Positions 1 through 9,890 of a DNA stretch of 64,000 nt are shown here, piece by piece (within the stretch, counting starts at the first letter, position 1; the number at the start of each line of letters is the position of its first letter). The position numbers were made by a program, and so were the translations under genes. Under the pieces are notes generated by a model. It worked only from the letters and a program-made list of their open reading frames with translations. It did no database searches and was not told the DNA's origin. The stretch comes from Nitrospirae bacterium MYbin3 (lineage in GTDB: Bacteria; Nitrospirota; Thermodesulfovibrionia; Thermodesulfovibrionales; Dissulfurispiraceae), in the NCBI GenBank assembly GCA_002753335.1, contig PEAD01000003.1, positions 1 through 64,000 of the forward strand. Reading direction: 5' to 3'.

Positions 1-294
1 GCAGAAAGACCGAGGTTATGCGTCTATAAGAGTCTGAACAATATATATGCACAGATCGTTGATGATGTTAAGGGAGCAACGCTAATTTCTGCTTCAACTC
101 TCGACAAAGAAATGAAAGCTGGCGAAGGTCACAAAGGAAATATCGACAATGCGAAGAAGACCGGACAGTTTCTTGCCGTAAAGGCTTCTAAGGCTGGGAT
201 AAAAAAGGTTGTGTTTGACCGCGGGGGCTATAAATATCATGGTCGCATCAAGGCCCTTGCAGATGGAGCCCGTGAGGGCGGGCTGGAATTTTAG
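1..294 (+). CDS. rplR: 50S ribosomal protein L18 (5' truncated by window edge)
   Basis: Frame is open from base 1: [22 protein letters not shown]...[28 protein letters not shown]. Confidence 0.97.
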   Translation, partial: AERPRLCVYKSLNNIYAQIVDDVKGATLISASTLDKEMKAGEGHKGNIDNAKKTGQFLAVKASKAGIKKVVFDRGGYKYHGRIKALADGAREGGLEF

Positions 295-299
295 GAGGT

Positions 300-845
300 A
301 TGGTGAAGACACAGAGGATAGAAGCTGAAGAACTTAGCGTTAAGGACAAAGTTGTATATATAAACAGAGTTGCTAAGGTTGTAAAAGGCGGCAGAAGGTT
401 TTCGTTCAGCGCACTAGTTGTTGTAGGCGATGGCAATGGCATTGTAGGTGTAGGAAAAGGCAAAGCCTCTGAGGTTCCGGAAGCGATTAGAAAGGCTGTT
501 GAACAGGCGAAGAAGCGTTTAATGAGGTTCCCTTTAAAAGACGGAACAATACCCCATAAAATTACCGGACGCTACGGTTCCAATTCTGTGGTTATGAATC
601 CTGCACCTAAGGGAAAAGGGCTTATAGCAGGGGGGGCGGTTCGTGCTGTATTTGAGGTGTCAGGATTGCAGGATATCGTTGCCAAATCACTTGGAGGTCA
701 TAATCCCTTCAATACTGTTAGAGCAACTCTTAGCGGTTTGATGAAGTTGAAAGATCCTGATGTTGTGCTTAAGCTTAGGGGCAAGGCCGAAGGTGAGAGT
801 ACAACCGAAGAAGAGGGCGATGAGGAGGCAAAGGGCAGGTCATGA
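300..845 (+). CDS. rpsE: 30S ribosomal protein S5
   Basis: [25 protein letters not shown] signature; AGGAGG SD. Confidence 0.98.
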   Translation: MVKTQRIEAEELSVKDKVVYINRVAKVVKGGRRFSFSALVVVGDGNGIVGVGKGKASEVPEAIRKAVEQAKKRLMRFPLKDGTIPHKITGRYGSNSVVMNPAPKGKGLIAGGAVRAVFEVSGLQDIVAKSLGGHNPFNTVRATLSGLMKLKDPDVVLKLRGKAEGESTTEEEGDEEAKGRS

Positions 846-1306
846 GGATAGAAGATTTTTCACCGGAAGACGGAAGCAAAAAGAAGCGTAAGCGTATAGG
901 CCGGGGCCCTGGCTCTGGGCATGGAAGAACAGCCACGAAAGGACATAAGGGACAAAAGGCCCGCTCAGGCGGACCTAAGGGGCCTTCTTTTGAAGGTGGA
1001 CAGACCCCCCTTCAAAGGAGACTTCCTAAGCGTGGGTTTAAGAATGCACCGTTTAAAAAAGAGTATGTAACCGTAAATTTGTCTGATATTGTAAGGCATA
1101 TTGATAAATTTTCTGATGTTGACGCGATTACCCCGGAAGTTCTTATAAAAAAGAAGGTAGTAAAAAAGATAAAAGACGGTATAAAAATTCTCGGCAAAGG
1201 TGATTTGGCAAAGGCTTTTACTATAAAAGCTCACGTATTCAGTGCTTCGGCTGCAACCAAGATTAGCGCGGCAGGAGGCAAGGCTGAAGTAATCTCCACC
1301 GAATAA
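842..1306 (+). CDS. rplO: 50S ribosomal protein L15
   Basis: [11 protein letters not shown] and [17 protein letters not shown] motifs; ATGA overlap with rpsE. Confidence 0.98.
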   Translation: MRIEDFSPEDGSKKKRKRIGRGPGSGHGRTATKGHKGQKARSGGPKGPSFEGGQTPLQRRLPKRGFKNAPFKKEYVTVNLSDIVRHIDKFSDVDAITPEVLIKKKVVKKIKDGIKILGKGDLAKAFTIKAHVFSASAATKISAAGGKAEVISTE

Positions 1307-1352
1307 AGATATTATTTTCGGTATTTGCTGATTAAATAAGCCAAAAATAACT

Positions 1353-2660
1353 ATGAGTCTGCTTTCAAACATTCAGAACATATTCAAGATTCCTGAGCTA
1401 AAAAATAGGGTTCTTTTTACCTTGGGGCTTTTGGCTGTTTACAGGATAGGGGCACATATTCCTACTCCGGGCATAAACGGCGAAGCGCTGAGTAAGTTTT
1501 TAGTCGAAAAAGGTGGGGCAATGATGGGCTTTTTCGATATGTTTTCTGGGGGAGCCCTGTCAAGAGTCACAATTTTTGCGCTCGGTATAATGCCCTACAT
1601 AAGTGCTTCTATTATCTTTCAGCTTCTTACTGTAGTTATTCCTGCTCTAGGTAAACTTGCGAAGGAAGGCGAAGCCGGAAGAAAAAAGATAACTAGATAT
1701 ACGCGATATGCTACCGTAGTTATAGCGGCTATACAGTCTTTTGGTATAGCTGTGGGCTTGGAAGGAATGTCGGGCGGTGAGTTTATACAGAATCCAGGAT
1801 GGTCATTTAGACTTCTTACTATGATAACGCTTACATCAGGAACTGCTTTTCTTATGTGGCTTGGTGAACAGATAACTGAACGTGGCATAGGCAATGGAAT
1901 ATCTCTTATTATATTTGCAGGAATAGTGGCCCAGTTCCCTAATGCGGTGGTTAGCACACTGCAACTTGTGAAGGCAAACGAGCTAGCATTATTTTTTGTG
2001 ATATTTCTTACTGTTCTCATGATTGCTGTTGTCGGCGCTATAATTTTTATAGAGCGCGGGCAGAGGAAAATACCGGTTCAATACGCAAAGCGTGTTGTGG
2101 GCAAAAAGGTTTTTGGCGGGCAGAGCACGCATCTTCCATTAAAAGTAAATACGTCAGGTGTTATTCCGCCTATCTTTGCATCGTCAATAATAATGTTTCC
2201 GGCTACAGTAGCAGGATTTATTGCTATCCCGTGGGTACAGAGCATAGCTAAGCAGCTTTCACCGGGGACTGCTATATATTCAATGCTTTATGTCGGCCTG
2301 ATTTTCTTTTTCAGTTATTTCTATACTGCGGTTGTTTTTAATCCTGTCGATATCTCTGAAAACTTGCAGAAGAACGGTGGTTTTATTCCCGGTATAAGAC
2401 CCGGGCAGAAAACTTCGGAATATATATACAGAGTTCTGTCGAGGCTTACTTTTGTGGGGGCAGTTTATTTGGCTATAGTATGCGTAATGCCTGAGCTGAT
2501 GATTAGCCAATTTAATGTCCCATTTTATTTCGGAGGAACGTCTCTTCTTATTTCTGTAGGTGTAGCGCTTGATACTGTTTCGCAGATCGAGTCGCATCTT
2601 ATAACAAGGTCATATGAAGGGTTCCTCAAGAAAGGCAGATTAAAAGGCAGAAGGGGATAG
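1353..2660 (+). CDS. secY: Preprotein translocase subunit SecY
   Basis: IFALGIMPYISASII, GIGNGISLIIF, FIPGIRPG and FGGTSLLI motifs. Confidence 0.99.
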   Translation: MSLLSNIQNIFKIPELKNRVLFTLGLLAVYRIGAHIPTPGINGEALSKFLVEKGGAMMGFFDMFSGGALSRVTIFALGIMPYISASIIFQLLTVVIPALGKLAKEGEAGRKKITRYTRYATVVIAAIQSFGIAVGLEGMSGGEFIQNPGWSFRLLTMITLTSGTAFLMWLGEQITERGIGNGISLIIFAGIVAQFPNAVVSTLQLVKANELALFFVIFLTVLMIAVVGAIIFIERGQRKIPVQYAKRVVGKKVFGGQSTHLPLKVNTSGVIPPIFASSIIMFPATVAGFIAIPWVQSIAKQLSPGTAIYSMLYVGLIFFFSYFYTAVVFNPVDISENLQKNGGFIPGIRPGQKTSEYIYRVLSRLTFVGAVYLAIVCVMPELMISQFNVPFYFGGTSLLISVGVALDTVSQIESHLITRSYEGFLKKGRLKGRRG

Positions 2661-2675
2661 ATAGGCGCTCGATCT

Positions 2676-3425
2676 GTGATAATTGTCAAATCTCAGGCGG
2701 AGATAATCAAGATCGAGGCAGCATGCAGAATTGTTGCAGAGATTCTCGAAGACCTTAAGACACTAATCAAGCCCGGCATTACAACTTTCGAAATCGAAAG
2801 TTATGTAGAAAGCCGGATAAAACAGAAAAAAGCGATTGCAGCCTTTAAAGGCTATCGTGGCTATCCTGCAAGTGTATGTGTGTCTATTAACGAACAGGTT
2901 GTACACGGCATACCTTCCAGAAAAGTCAGGATTAAAGATGGAGATATAGTAAGTATAGATTTGGGTGCAATTGTGGATGGTTTTTATGGTGATGCTGCCG
3001 TGACTGTTCCGGCAGGAGAAGTAAACGCAGGTATTTTAAAACTGCTTAAGGTTACTGAAGAAGCGCTTTATATAGGCATAGACAAGGCGGTTGTGGGCAA
3101 CAGGGTTTCGGATATATCTGCTGCGATACAAAAACATGTAGAGTCTAATGGTTTCTCGGTTGTGAGGGCATTTGTAGGACATGGTATAGGCCGTTCTCTC
3201 CATGAAGATCCTCAGATTCCAAACTATGGAAAACCAGGCGAAGGACCGAGGCTTAAAAGCGGAATGACTTTGGCAATAGAGCCGATGGTGAATGCGGGTG
3301 TCCCCGATGTTGATATTTTAGGAGACGGCTGGACCGCAGTAACAAATGATAGAAGGCCATCGGCGCATTTTGAACATACGATTGCTGTTATGAATAGCGG
3401 GCCGCGTATATTGACTAAAATATAA
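2676..3425 (+). CDS. map: Type I methionine aminopeptidase
   Basis: VVHGIP, GHGIG, AIEPM and AHFEHT motifs; GTG start. Confidence 0.98.
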   Translation: MIIVKSQAEIIKIEAACRIVAEILEDLKTLIKPGITTFEIESYVESRIKQKKAIAAFKGYRGYPASVCVSINEQVVHGIPSRKVRIKDGDIVSIDLGAIVDGFYGDAAVTVPAGEVNAGILKLLKVTEEALYIGIDKAVVGNRVSDISAAIQKHVESNGFSVVRAFVGHGIGRSLHEDPQIPNYGKPGEGPRLKSGMTLAIEPMVNAGVPDVDILGDGWTAVTNDRRPSAHFEHTIAVMNSGPRILTKI

Positions 3426-3451
3426 TATTTAAGGTAAAATTTCAAGCTTAA

Positions 3452-3670
3452 ATGTCGAAAGAAGAAAACATTGAAGTACAGGGCACAATAGTAGAAACTC
3501 TGCCGAACGCGATGTTCAGGGTTGAGCTCGAAAACGGACAGGTAATCTTGTCGTATGTTTCAGGCAAGATGAGAATGCACTTCATAAAAATACTGCCCGG
3601 AGATAAGGTTACTGTTGAGCTATCGCCTTACGATCTTACCAAGGGCAGGATTACATACAGATTTAAATAG
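3452..3670 (+). CDS. infA: Translation initiation factor IF-1
   Basis: [13 protein letters not shown]...[13 protein letters not shown]. Confidence 0.98.
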   Translation: MSKEENIEVQGTIVETLPNAMFRVELENGQVILSYVSGKMRMHFIKILPGDKVTVELSPYDLTKGRITYRFK

Positions 3671-3755
3671 AAGTTTTAAAGCAGCGTGCTGCTGAAGAGC
3701 GAAAAGTGTTGGCGCTCTTTTTATTTCTTTGAACTGAAGATACGGAGGAAATGGA

Positions 3756-3869
3756 ATGAAGGTAAGGCCCTCGGTAAAGCCTATCTGCTCTAAATGTAAG
3801 ATTGTAAAAAGGAAGGGCGTAATAAGAATACTTTGCGAAAATCCTCGTCACAAGCAGAGACAGGGATAG
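3756..3869 (+). CDS. rpmJ: 50S ribosomal protein L36 (not in ORF track)
   Basis: Manual translation [37 protein letters not shown]; zinc-ribbon C/C/C/H form; GGAGG SD at 3744-3748. Confidence 0.97.
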   Translation: MKVRPSVKPICSKCKIVKRKGVIRILCENPRHKQRQG

Positions 3870-3895
3870 CAAAATTTTAGAATGAGGAGTTTTCT

Positions 3896-4261
3896 ATGGC
3901 AAGAATAGCTGGTGTTGATCTTCCAAAAAATGAGCGTGTTGAAATAGGGCTTACGCGCATATTCGGAATTGGAAGAGCCCTGTCGAACAAAATCATAAGT
4001 GAGACGAAACTTAACCCAGATGTTAGGGTTAAAGACCTTACCGATGATGACATACTTAAGATTAGAAATATCCTTGAAAGGGATTACAAGGTTGAAGGCG
4101 ATTTGAGGCGAGAGGTATCAATGAATGTAAAAAGGCTGGTTGAAATCGGCTGCTATAAAGGACTAAGGCATAATGCACATTTGCCTGTGCATGGCCAAAG
4201 GACAAAAACAAATGGCAGAACTCGCAAAGGGCCGAGAAAACTGGTCACGAAGAAAAAGTAG
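3896..4261 (+). CDS. rpsM: 30S ribosomal protein S13
   Basis: [10 protein letters not shown]...[11 protein letters not shown]. Confidence 0.98.
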   Translation: MARIAGVDLPKNERVEIGLTRIFGIGRALSNKIISETKLNPDVRVKDLTDDDILKIRNILERDYKVEGDLRREVSMNVKRLVEIGCYKGLRHNAHLPVHGQRTKTNGRTRKGPRKLVTKKK

Positions 4262-4270
4262 GGAGGATTA

Positions 4271-4657
4271 ATGGCACAGAAAAAACGAAGCGGTAAAAAA
4301 GTCAAGAAAAATATACACAACGGAACAGCACATATACAGACTACGTTTAATAATACAATTGTGACTATCACTGACGCAGCAGGAGGAGTGATAGCATGGT
4401 CTAGTGCAGGCAGTCTCGGATTTAAAGGATCTAGAAAGGGCACTCCTTTTGCAGCACAGATAGCTTCCGAAACTGCTGCAAAAAAAGCGATGGAAATGGG
4501 ATTGAAGCAGGTTGATGTTTTTGTTAAAGGGCCGGGTTCCGGAAGAGAAACGGCTATAAGGGCGCTACAAGCGGCCGGACTAGAGATTACTCTTATAAAA
4601 GATGTAACGCCTGTTCCGCATAACGGCTGCAGGCCGCCGAAGAGAAGGAGGGTATAG
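4271..4657 (+). CDS. rpsK: 30S ribosomal protein S11
   Basis: [14 protein letters not shown] and [18 protein letters not shown]. Confidence 0.99.
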   Translation: MAQKKRSGKKVKKNIHNGTAHIQTTFNNTIVTITDAAGGVIAWSSAGSLGFKGSRKGTPFAAQIASETAAKKAMEMGLKQVDVFVKGPGSGRETAIRALQAAGLEITLIKDVTPVPHNGCRPPKRRRV

Positions 4658-4659
4658 GG

Positions 4660-5286
4660 ATGGCGAGATATACCGACGCTTTGTGCAGGCTTTGCAGGCG
4701 CGAAGGCGAGAAGCTTTTTGTAAAAGGCAATAGATGTTATACCGAGAAATGCGCGGTTGAGAGAAGGAAGTATGCGCCCGGACAACATGGCCAGAACAGG
4801 GGCAAGTTGTCAGATTATGGCGTACAGCTCAGGGAAAAGCAGAAAGTAAGACGCATTTACGGCGTGATGGAAAAACAGTTCAGAATGTATTTCCATAAGG
4901 CTTCAAGAATGAAGGGAATAACAGGAGAAATACTTCTTCAGTTTCTTGAGCGGAGACTTGACAATGCTGCTTACCGCATGGGTTTTGCTTCAAACAGAAG
5001 AGAGGCTCGCCAACTTGTTAAACACGGTCATTTTTCGGTGAATGGTGTTAAAACCGACATCCCTTCCTATCTTTTAAAACCCGGGGATATTCTCGAAATA
5101 AGAGAAGCGAGCAAGGATTTAAAGGCTGTACGTGACAGCTTGGAGGTTGCGGAGCATAAAGGTTTTCCTGAGTGGGTGGAAGTTGATTCTGTAAATGTGA
5201 AAGGCAAGTTTGTAAGGATACCCTCTCGGGAAGAGATACAGCTTCCGGTGCAGGAACAGTTAATAGTTGAGTTGTATTCAAAGTAG
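4660..5286 (+). CDS. rpsD: 30S ribosomal protein S4
   Basis: [18 protein letters not shown] and LERRLDN motifs. Confidence 0.99.
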   Translation: MARYTDALCRLCRREGEKLFVKGNRCYTEKCAVERRKYAPGQHGQNRGKLSDYGVQLREKQKVRRIYGVMEKQFRMYFHKASRMKGITGEILLQFLERRLDNAAYRMGFASNRREARQLVKHGHFSVNGVKTDIPSYLLKPGDILEIREASKDLKAVRDSLEVAEHKGFPEWVEVDSVNVKGKFVRIPSREEIQLPVQEQLIVELYSK

Positions 5287-5327
5287 CAATCTTAATTTAA
5301 ATACGAAGGCATAGGAGGCCTTGCCAT

Positions 5328-6299
5328 ATGGATCTTTTGAATATGGGCTTTCAGTTACCCAAAAGAAGTGATTTTGAAGAAGATACGATTACTGATTACG
5401 GGAAGCTGATAGTTGAACCCCTTGAGCGTGGTTTTGGTACTACGATAGGAAATGCGTTGCGGCGGATTTTGTTGTCTTCAATGGAAGGTGCTGCCGTAAC
5501 AGGTGTAAAGATTGCCGGTGTGCTCCATGAATTTTCTTCTGTTAAGGGTGTAAAAGAGGATGTTGTGGACATCTTGCTTAACGTAAAGAAGCTCAGATTC
5601 AAGGTTCATGGTGACGGCAAAAAGACTGTGACCATAAAAGTTAAAGGACCTAAAGAAGTTACGGGCGCAGATATCGAAACAGACGGAAACGTCGAAGTCT
5701 TTAATGAGGATCACTATATAGCAACGGTTGACAGCGGCTCTACGCTGGATATGGAGCTGTATGTTAAAAAAGGCAAAGGATATATTCCTGCTGAAATGAA
5801 CAAGGAAGAGGGTTTGCCTGTTGATGTGATTCCTGTTGATTCTGTATTCAGCCCGATTAAAAAAGTGAATTTTTGGGTGGAAAAGGCAAGGGTTGGCAGA
5901 TCTACAGATTACGACAGGCTTATTCTGGAATTGTGGACGGATGGGGGTATAACTCCAGAAAAAGCAGTAAGCGATGCAGCTAAAATACTCAAAGAATACT
6001 TAAAAGAATTTATCATGGAAGATGATGATTCCGAAGCATTTGATACGGCTGAAGGGGCACCCTCCGGAAAGCAGATCGGAACCGTTGAGAAAGAATACCT
6101 AAACAAGAGCATAGATGAACTGGAGCTTTCGGTAAGGGCATTCAACTGTCTTAAAAACGCAAATATAAAAACTATAGGCGACCTTGTTCAAAAGAGCGAA
6201 CACGAACTGCTTAGAACAAAGAATTTTGGGCGTAAGTCCTTAAATGAGATTAAAAATGTATTGGTATCTATGGGATTGAATTTAGGCATTAGGCTCTAA
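5328..6299 (+). CDS. rpoA: RNA polymerase alpha subunit
   Basis: [22 protein letters not shown]; alpha-[15 protein letters not shown]...[10 protein letters not shown]. Confidence 0.99.
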   Translation: MDLLNMGFQLPKRSDFEEDTITDYGKLIVEPLERGFGTTIGNALRRILLSSMEGAAVTGVKIAGVLHEFSSVKGVKEDVVDILLNVKKLRFKVHGDGKKTVTIKVKGPKEVTGADIETDGNVEVFNEDHYIATVDSGSTLDMELYVKKGKGYIPAEMNKEEGLPVDVIPVDSVFSPIKKVNFWVEKARVGRSTDYDRLILELWTDGGITPEKAVSDAAKILKEYLKEFIMEDDDSEAFDTAEGAPSGKQIGTVEKEYLNKSIDELELSVRAFNCLKNANIKTIGDLVQKSEHELLRTKNFGRKSLNEIKNVLVSMGLNLGIRL

Positions 6300-6346
6300 A
6301 TGAGCCTTATACAGGCTCATTTGCATGAAATATAGGAGGAAAGAAG

Positions 6347-6754
6347 ATGCGCCACAGAGTTGCCGGAAGACGTTTTGACCGCACAGCAAACCAAAGAAAG
6401 GCATTGCTTCGCGGACTTATAATATCGCTTTTTGCGCACCAGAGGATAGAAACCACCTTGGCGAAGGCAAAAGCCATTAAGGGTATTGCAGAGAAGCTTG
6501 TTACATTTGGAAAGCGTGGAGACCTTCATGCGAAGCGTATGGTTATGGCTTATATCCCTAACAGAGAAGTTATGGCTAAACTGTTTTCGGACATAGCGCC
6601 ACGATTTGCTGATAGGAATGGCGGGTACCTGAGAATAGTCCAAACACGTCAAAGGGTCAATGACCGCGCTCCTATGGCGATTATAGAGTTTGTTGATTAT
6701 GAGGATGCTGTGAAAGTGCCCGAAAAGAAGGAAAAGGAGAGCGTCAAACAGTGA
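6347..6754 (+). CDS. rplQ: 50S ribosomal protein L17
   Basis: MRHR...IETTLAKAK...RNGGYLRI. Confidence 0.98.
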   Translation: MRHRVAGRRFDRTANQRKALLRGLIISLFAHQRIETTLAKAKAIKGIAEKLVTFGKRGDLHAKRMVMAYIPNREVMAKLFSDIAPRFADRNGGYLRIVQTRQRVNDRAPMAIIEFVDYEDAVKVPEKKEKESVKQ

Positions 6755-6885
6755 ACGATGCGTTGATTGTTTTGGGAGTTCTTATAGTTTGGCTGCTTCT
6801 CCAGTTTGTCATATTTCCTAAACTTGGAGTTCCCACCTGAGCAGTGCCGTCCAAGGAGTCGGGAAACTCTAAAAAATGCAAATAG
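6751..6885 (+). CDS. Small single-TM membrane protein, candidate selenoprotein (29 aa to TGA at 6838-6840; 44 aa with read-through)
   Basis: GTG overlaps the rplQ stop (GTGA); AGGAG at 6735-6739; MNDALIVLGVLIVWLLLQFVIFPKLGVPT-(TGA)-AVPSKESGNSKKCK-TAG; hairpin GGAGT-CGGGAA-ACTCT at 6855-6870. Confidence 0.6.
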
Positions 6886-6967
6886 CGCTTAATCGTTAAA
6901 CAGCTTATTTAAAAGACCTTCAGCAGTTATATTGTCAAGCCAGCCTGCTTTTGCTATTATACAACCG

Positions 6968-7378
6968 ATGAAAAAAAGAGTTGTTGTATGTGCCGGTACT
7001 TTCGATCATTTTCACAACGGCCACCTGAATTATCTTCATCAAGCTAAAAAATTAGCGGACGAGCTGATTGTTATTGTGGCGCGTGACGAAACAGTTAAAA
7101 GGATAAAGGGATTTTCTCCAACCGATGATGAGAATGTCCGGCTCTCGAAGGTTGAAAATACCGGGATTCCGGTGAAAGTGATGTTGGGCAATACTGATGC
7201 AGATCTTTTTAGGATTGTAGAGGATTTAAAGCCTGACGTAATAGCTCTGGGCTATGACCAACGTGTTGCTGACGATGCAATAACCGAAAGGTTTCCTTAT
7301 TGCAGAGTTGTAAGGCTCGAATCCTTTCAACCGCATAAATACAAATCATCTTTTTTCAGAAAAAGAAAAGGGGGCTGA
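6968..7378 (+). CDS. HxGH nucleotidyltransferase, archaeal-type FAD synthase (RibL)-like
   Basis: GTFDHFHNGH, VIVARD, PDVIALGYDQ and KSS motifs; ATG at 6968 preferred over TTG at 6932. Confidence 0.8.
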   Translation: MKKRVVVCAGTFDHFHNGHLNYLHQAKKLADELIVIVARDETVKRIKGFSPTDDENVRLSKVENTGIPVKVMLGNTDADLFRIVEDLKPDVIALGYDQRVADDAITERFPYCRVVRLESFQPHKYKSSFFRKRKGG

Positions 7379-7402
7379 TGAACTTTCATCAGCCCCCTTT
7401 TT
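7366..7402. terminator. Bidirectional intrinsic terminator
   Basis: AAAAGGGGGCTGATGAA-CT-TTCATCAGCCCCCTTTT inverted repeat between convergent genes. Confidence 0.9.
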
Positions 7403-7417
7403 GTAATCTTTTTAAAA

Positions 7418-7771
7418 TTAAAGTTTAAAAGGATTTGCGAAAAGCACGATAAGAACAACGACAAGGGCATAAATTGCCAAGGACTCTATCATTGCAAGTC
7501 CGATAATAAGTGTCGTTGTGATTTTGCCCGATGCTCCGGGATTTCTAGCCACGCCTTCAGTTGCTCCTCTTAAGCCTACACCTTGTCCGATGCCTGTGCC
7601 GAGCGCTGCGAGGCCGATAGCAAGCCCAGAACCGAGTACCGCCATCCCGTAATATCCAAGCTTTGCATCACTTACCGCTCCGGGTGCTGCCGCATCTGAA
7701 GCAATTGCCAGAGGTGCAAGGATTGCAACTGCGATAAGCGTAAGAACTGCGATCGAAATTGTTTTTTTCAT
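7418..7771 (-). CDS. atpE: F0 ATP synthase subunit c with N-terminal extension
   Basis: [16 protein letters not shown]...ARNP...[16 protein letters not shown] before the ATG at 7771. Confidence 0.96.
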   Translation of the reverse strand: MKKTISIAVLTLIAVAILAPLAIASDAAAPGAVSDAKLGYYGMAVLGSGLAIGLAALGTGIGQGVGLRGATEGVARNPGASGKITTTLIIGLAMIESLAIYALVVVLIVLFANPFKL

Positions 7772-7802
7772 TTGTTTTCCTCCTTTCTTTAGAAAATTAT
7801 GG

Positions 7803-8480
7803 TTAATGGCCTTCTTCAACCGCACCTGCAAGATAAAGACAGGTCAGCAGTATGAAGACATAGGCTTGTATTAGGCTTACAAGAACTCCAAGGCCAAGTA
7901 TTGCCATAGGTATTATCGCAGGGGCCAGCAAGCCAAGGATTATTATAATCATATGCTTTGCTATCATGTTCCCAAAAAGCCTTACGGAAAGGGTTATGGG
8001 CCTTACAAGGTGGCCCACAAATTCAACAAAGAACATCAGAATCATAAGTGGCAGCGCGTAAATAGAGCGTATCGGACCAAGGAAATGATTAATGTATTTA
8101 AACCCATGAACCTTGATGCCGTAGTAATGAGTTGCGAAGAATATCGGTATCGCCATCGAAGCGGTCATGTTGATATTGCTTGTCGGCGAATCAAATCCGG
8201 GAATCAGTCCAAAAAAATTGCATACCAGTATGTATAAACCGAGCGTACCGATCAGAGGGAAAAACTTTTCCCCCCAGTGGTGTCCTATGTTAGAGTTTGC
8301 AAGGGTTTGGAAAAAATCTACAAAAGTTTCCATAACATTTTGCAGCCCTGAAGGCGCAAGCGCTATTTTATTTTTTAATGCGAGTGATGTTCCTATTAAA
8401 ACTCCCATAGCAAGCCAGGAATATGAAACATAGGGAGGCACGCTTGGCAAAACCATATGTAAAAATGCAGGCGATTCCAT
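7803..8480 (-). CDS. atpB: F0 ATP synthase subunit a
   Basis: [18 protein letters not shown] and QAYVF.LL motifs. Confidence 0.97.
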   Translation of the reverse strand: MESPAFLHMVLPSVPPYVSYSWLAMGVLIGTSLALKNKIALAPSGLQNVMETFVDFFQTLANSNIGHHWGEKFFPLIGTLGLYILVCNFFGLIPGFDSPTSNINMTASMAIPIFFATHYYGIKVHGFKYINHFLGPIRSIYALPLMILMFFVEFVGHLVRPITLSVRLFGNMIAKHMIIIILGLLAPAIIPMAILGLGVLVSLIQAYVFILLTCLYLAGAVEEGH

Positions 8481-8619
8481 ATAAACCTCCTAAAAAAAGT
8501 AGGTTTATACTAAAGGGAAAAAACCTTAAAAGTCAAGCTGAATCTTGGGTTCAGCGCTAATTGTTGGGCATAATTTTGTTGTGTGCAAGTCGGTAGAAGT
8601 GTTAAACTAAAAAAATCAA

Positions 8620-9861
8620 TTGGTAAATGCTATGCCACTGTTAAGAGAAACTAAAATCTATAAAACCTTTGTAATCTCGGTAAGCCTAACAATTGCGCTT
8701 GTTTTGTCCGGAATATTTTTGGGAATGTCAATAAGAACGAGACAGTTGATTTTTGACAGCAGTCTTGCTCAGGCGCGTGCGCTTTTTCATAGCATTGTGC
8801 TTGCCCGCAAATGGAATGCATTGTTTAATGGTGTCTATGTAGAGAAAAAAGAAGGGGTGCAGTCCAACCCTTATCTCGAAAATCCTGATATTACGGCGAC
8901 CGACGGCAGGATATTTACCAAAAAGAATCCTGCTCTTATGACCAGAGAGATATCAGAGCTGGCAAAAAACGGAGATTCTTTTGCGTTCAGGATAACAAGC
9001 CTTAATCCTCTAAACCCCCACAATAAGCCGGATGATTTTGAAGCCGATGCTTTAAAAATGTTTGAGGGTGGGAAGGAAGAGGCTTTCAAGATTAGCGTAT
9101 TGAACGAAAAACCATATTTCAGGTATATGGCACCGCTTTATGTGGAAGAGAGCTGCCTGAAATGCCATGCAAAACAGGGGTATAAGAAAGGACAGATAAG
9201 AGGCGGCATCAGCGTTACGTTTGATGTAAATAACCTCCAGAGAAAACTGACCGAAAACACTTTTCTTATACTTGTTTTTGGAGTCACAACTACAGGATTG
9301 CTGTTGGGGTTGATATATGTTTTTACGTCAAGACTGATACAAAGGGTTTCTGATGCACGCACCGAGATTGAGCGTATGGCTATAACAGACGGCCTCACCG
9401 ATATTTTTAACAGACGACACCTTCTTGAAAGGTTTGAGGAAGAGCGGGAGCGTGCCAGAAGGAATAACAGTCAGCTTGGATGCATACTTCTTGATATCGA
9501 TCATTTTAAACAGATTAATGATACTTTCGGACACCAGATAGGCGACAAAGTTATTATCGAAATCGCTAAGATTCTGAAAGACTCTATAAGGGCATATGAT
9601 GTTTTGGGACGCTATGGTGGAGAGGAGTTCTTGATTGCGATGCCTGATGCTGACATTCAAAGCACAATTCAGCTTGCAGAAAGAATGAGGGATAATGTTA
9701 AGAAGTCTCCGATTCTGGGGACTCCAGTAACAATAAGTGCAGGTGTTTCAAACTATAAAGCCAGTGACGAGACAATAGAGCAGATTATACGCAGGGCTGA
9801 CCATGGCCTCTATAAAGCAAAGCATTCAGGCAGAGATAGGGTCGAGCATTCCGAGGATTAA
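8620..9861 (+). CDS. Membrane diguanylate cyclase with periplasmic heme-c (Tll0287/DUF3365-like) sensor
   Basis: Two TM segments; P.NP.N.PD.FE and CLKCH in the periplasmic part; RYGGEEF in the C-terminal domain. Confidence 0.9.
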   Translation: MVNAMPLLRETKIYKTFVISVSLTIALVLSGIFLGMSIRTRQLIFDSSLAQARALFHSIVLARKWNALFNGVYVEKKEGVQSNPYLENPDITATDGRIFTKKNPALMTREISELAKNGDSFAFRITSLNPLNPHNKPDDFEADALKMFEGGKEEAFKISVLNEKPYFRYMAPLYVEESCLKCHAKQGYKKGQIRGGISVTFDVNNLQRKLTENTFLILVFGVTTTGLLLGLIYVFTSRLIQRVSDARTEIERMAITDGLTDIFNRRHLLERFEEERERARRNNSQLGCILLDIDHFKQINDTFGHQIGDKVIIEIAKILKDSIRAYDVLGRYGGEEFLIAMPDADIQSTIQLAERMRDNVKKSPILGTPVTISAGVSNYKASDETIEQIIRRADHGLYKAKHSGRDRVEHSED

Positions 9862-9890
9862 AAAGGGCGATTAGTAGGCAAGTTTACTGG

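Noticed and set aside
3681..3725. Hairpins between infA and rpmJ as an attenuator
   Set aside because: Short stems (AAGAGCG/CGCTCTT with an 11-nt loop); too weak to call without comparative data.
3751..3759. Mini-ORF ATG-GAA-TGA overlapping the rpmJ start
   Set aside because: The SD is only 2 nt from this ATG but 7 nt from the rpmJ ATG; likely incidental.
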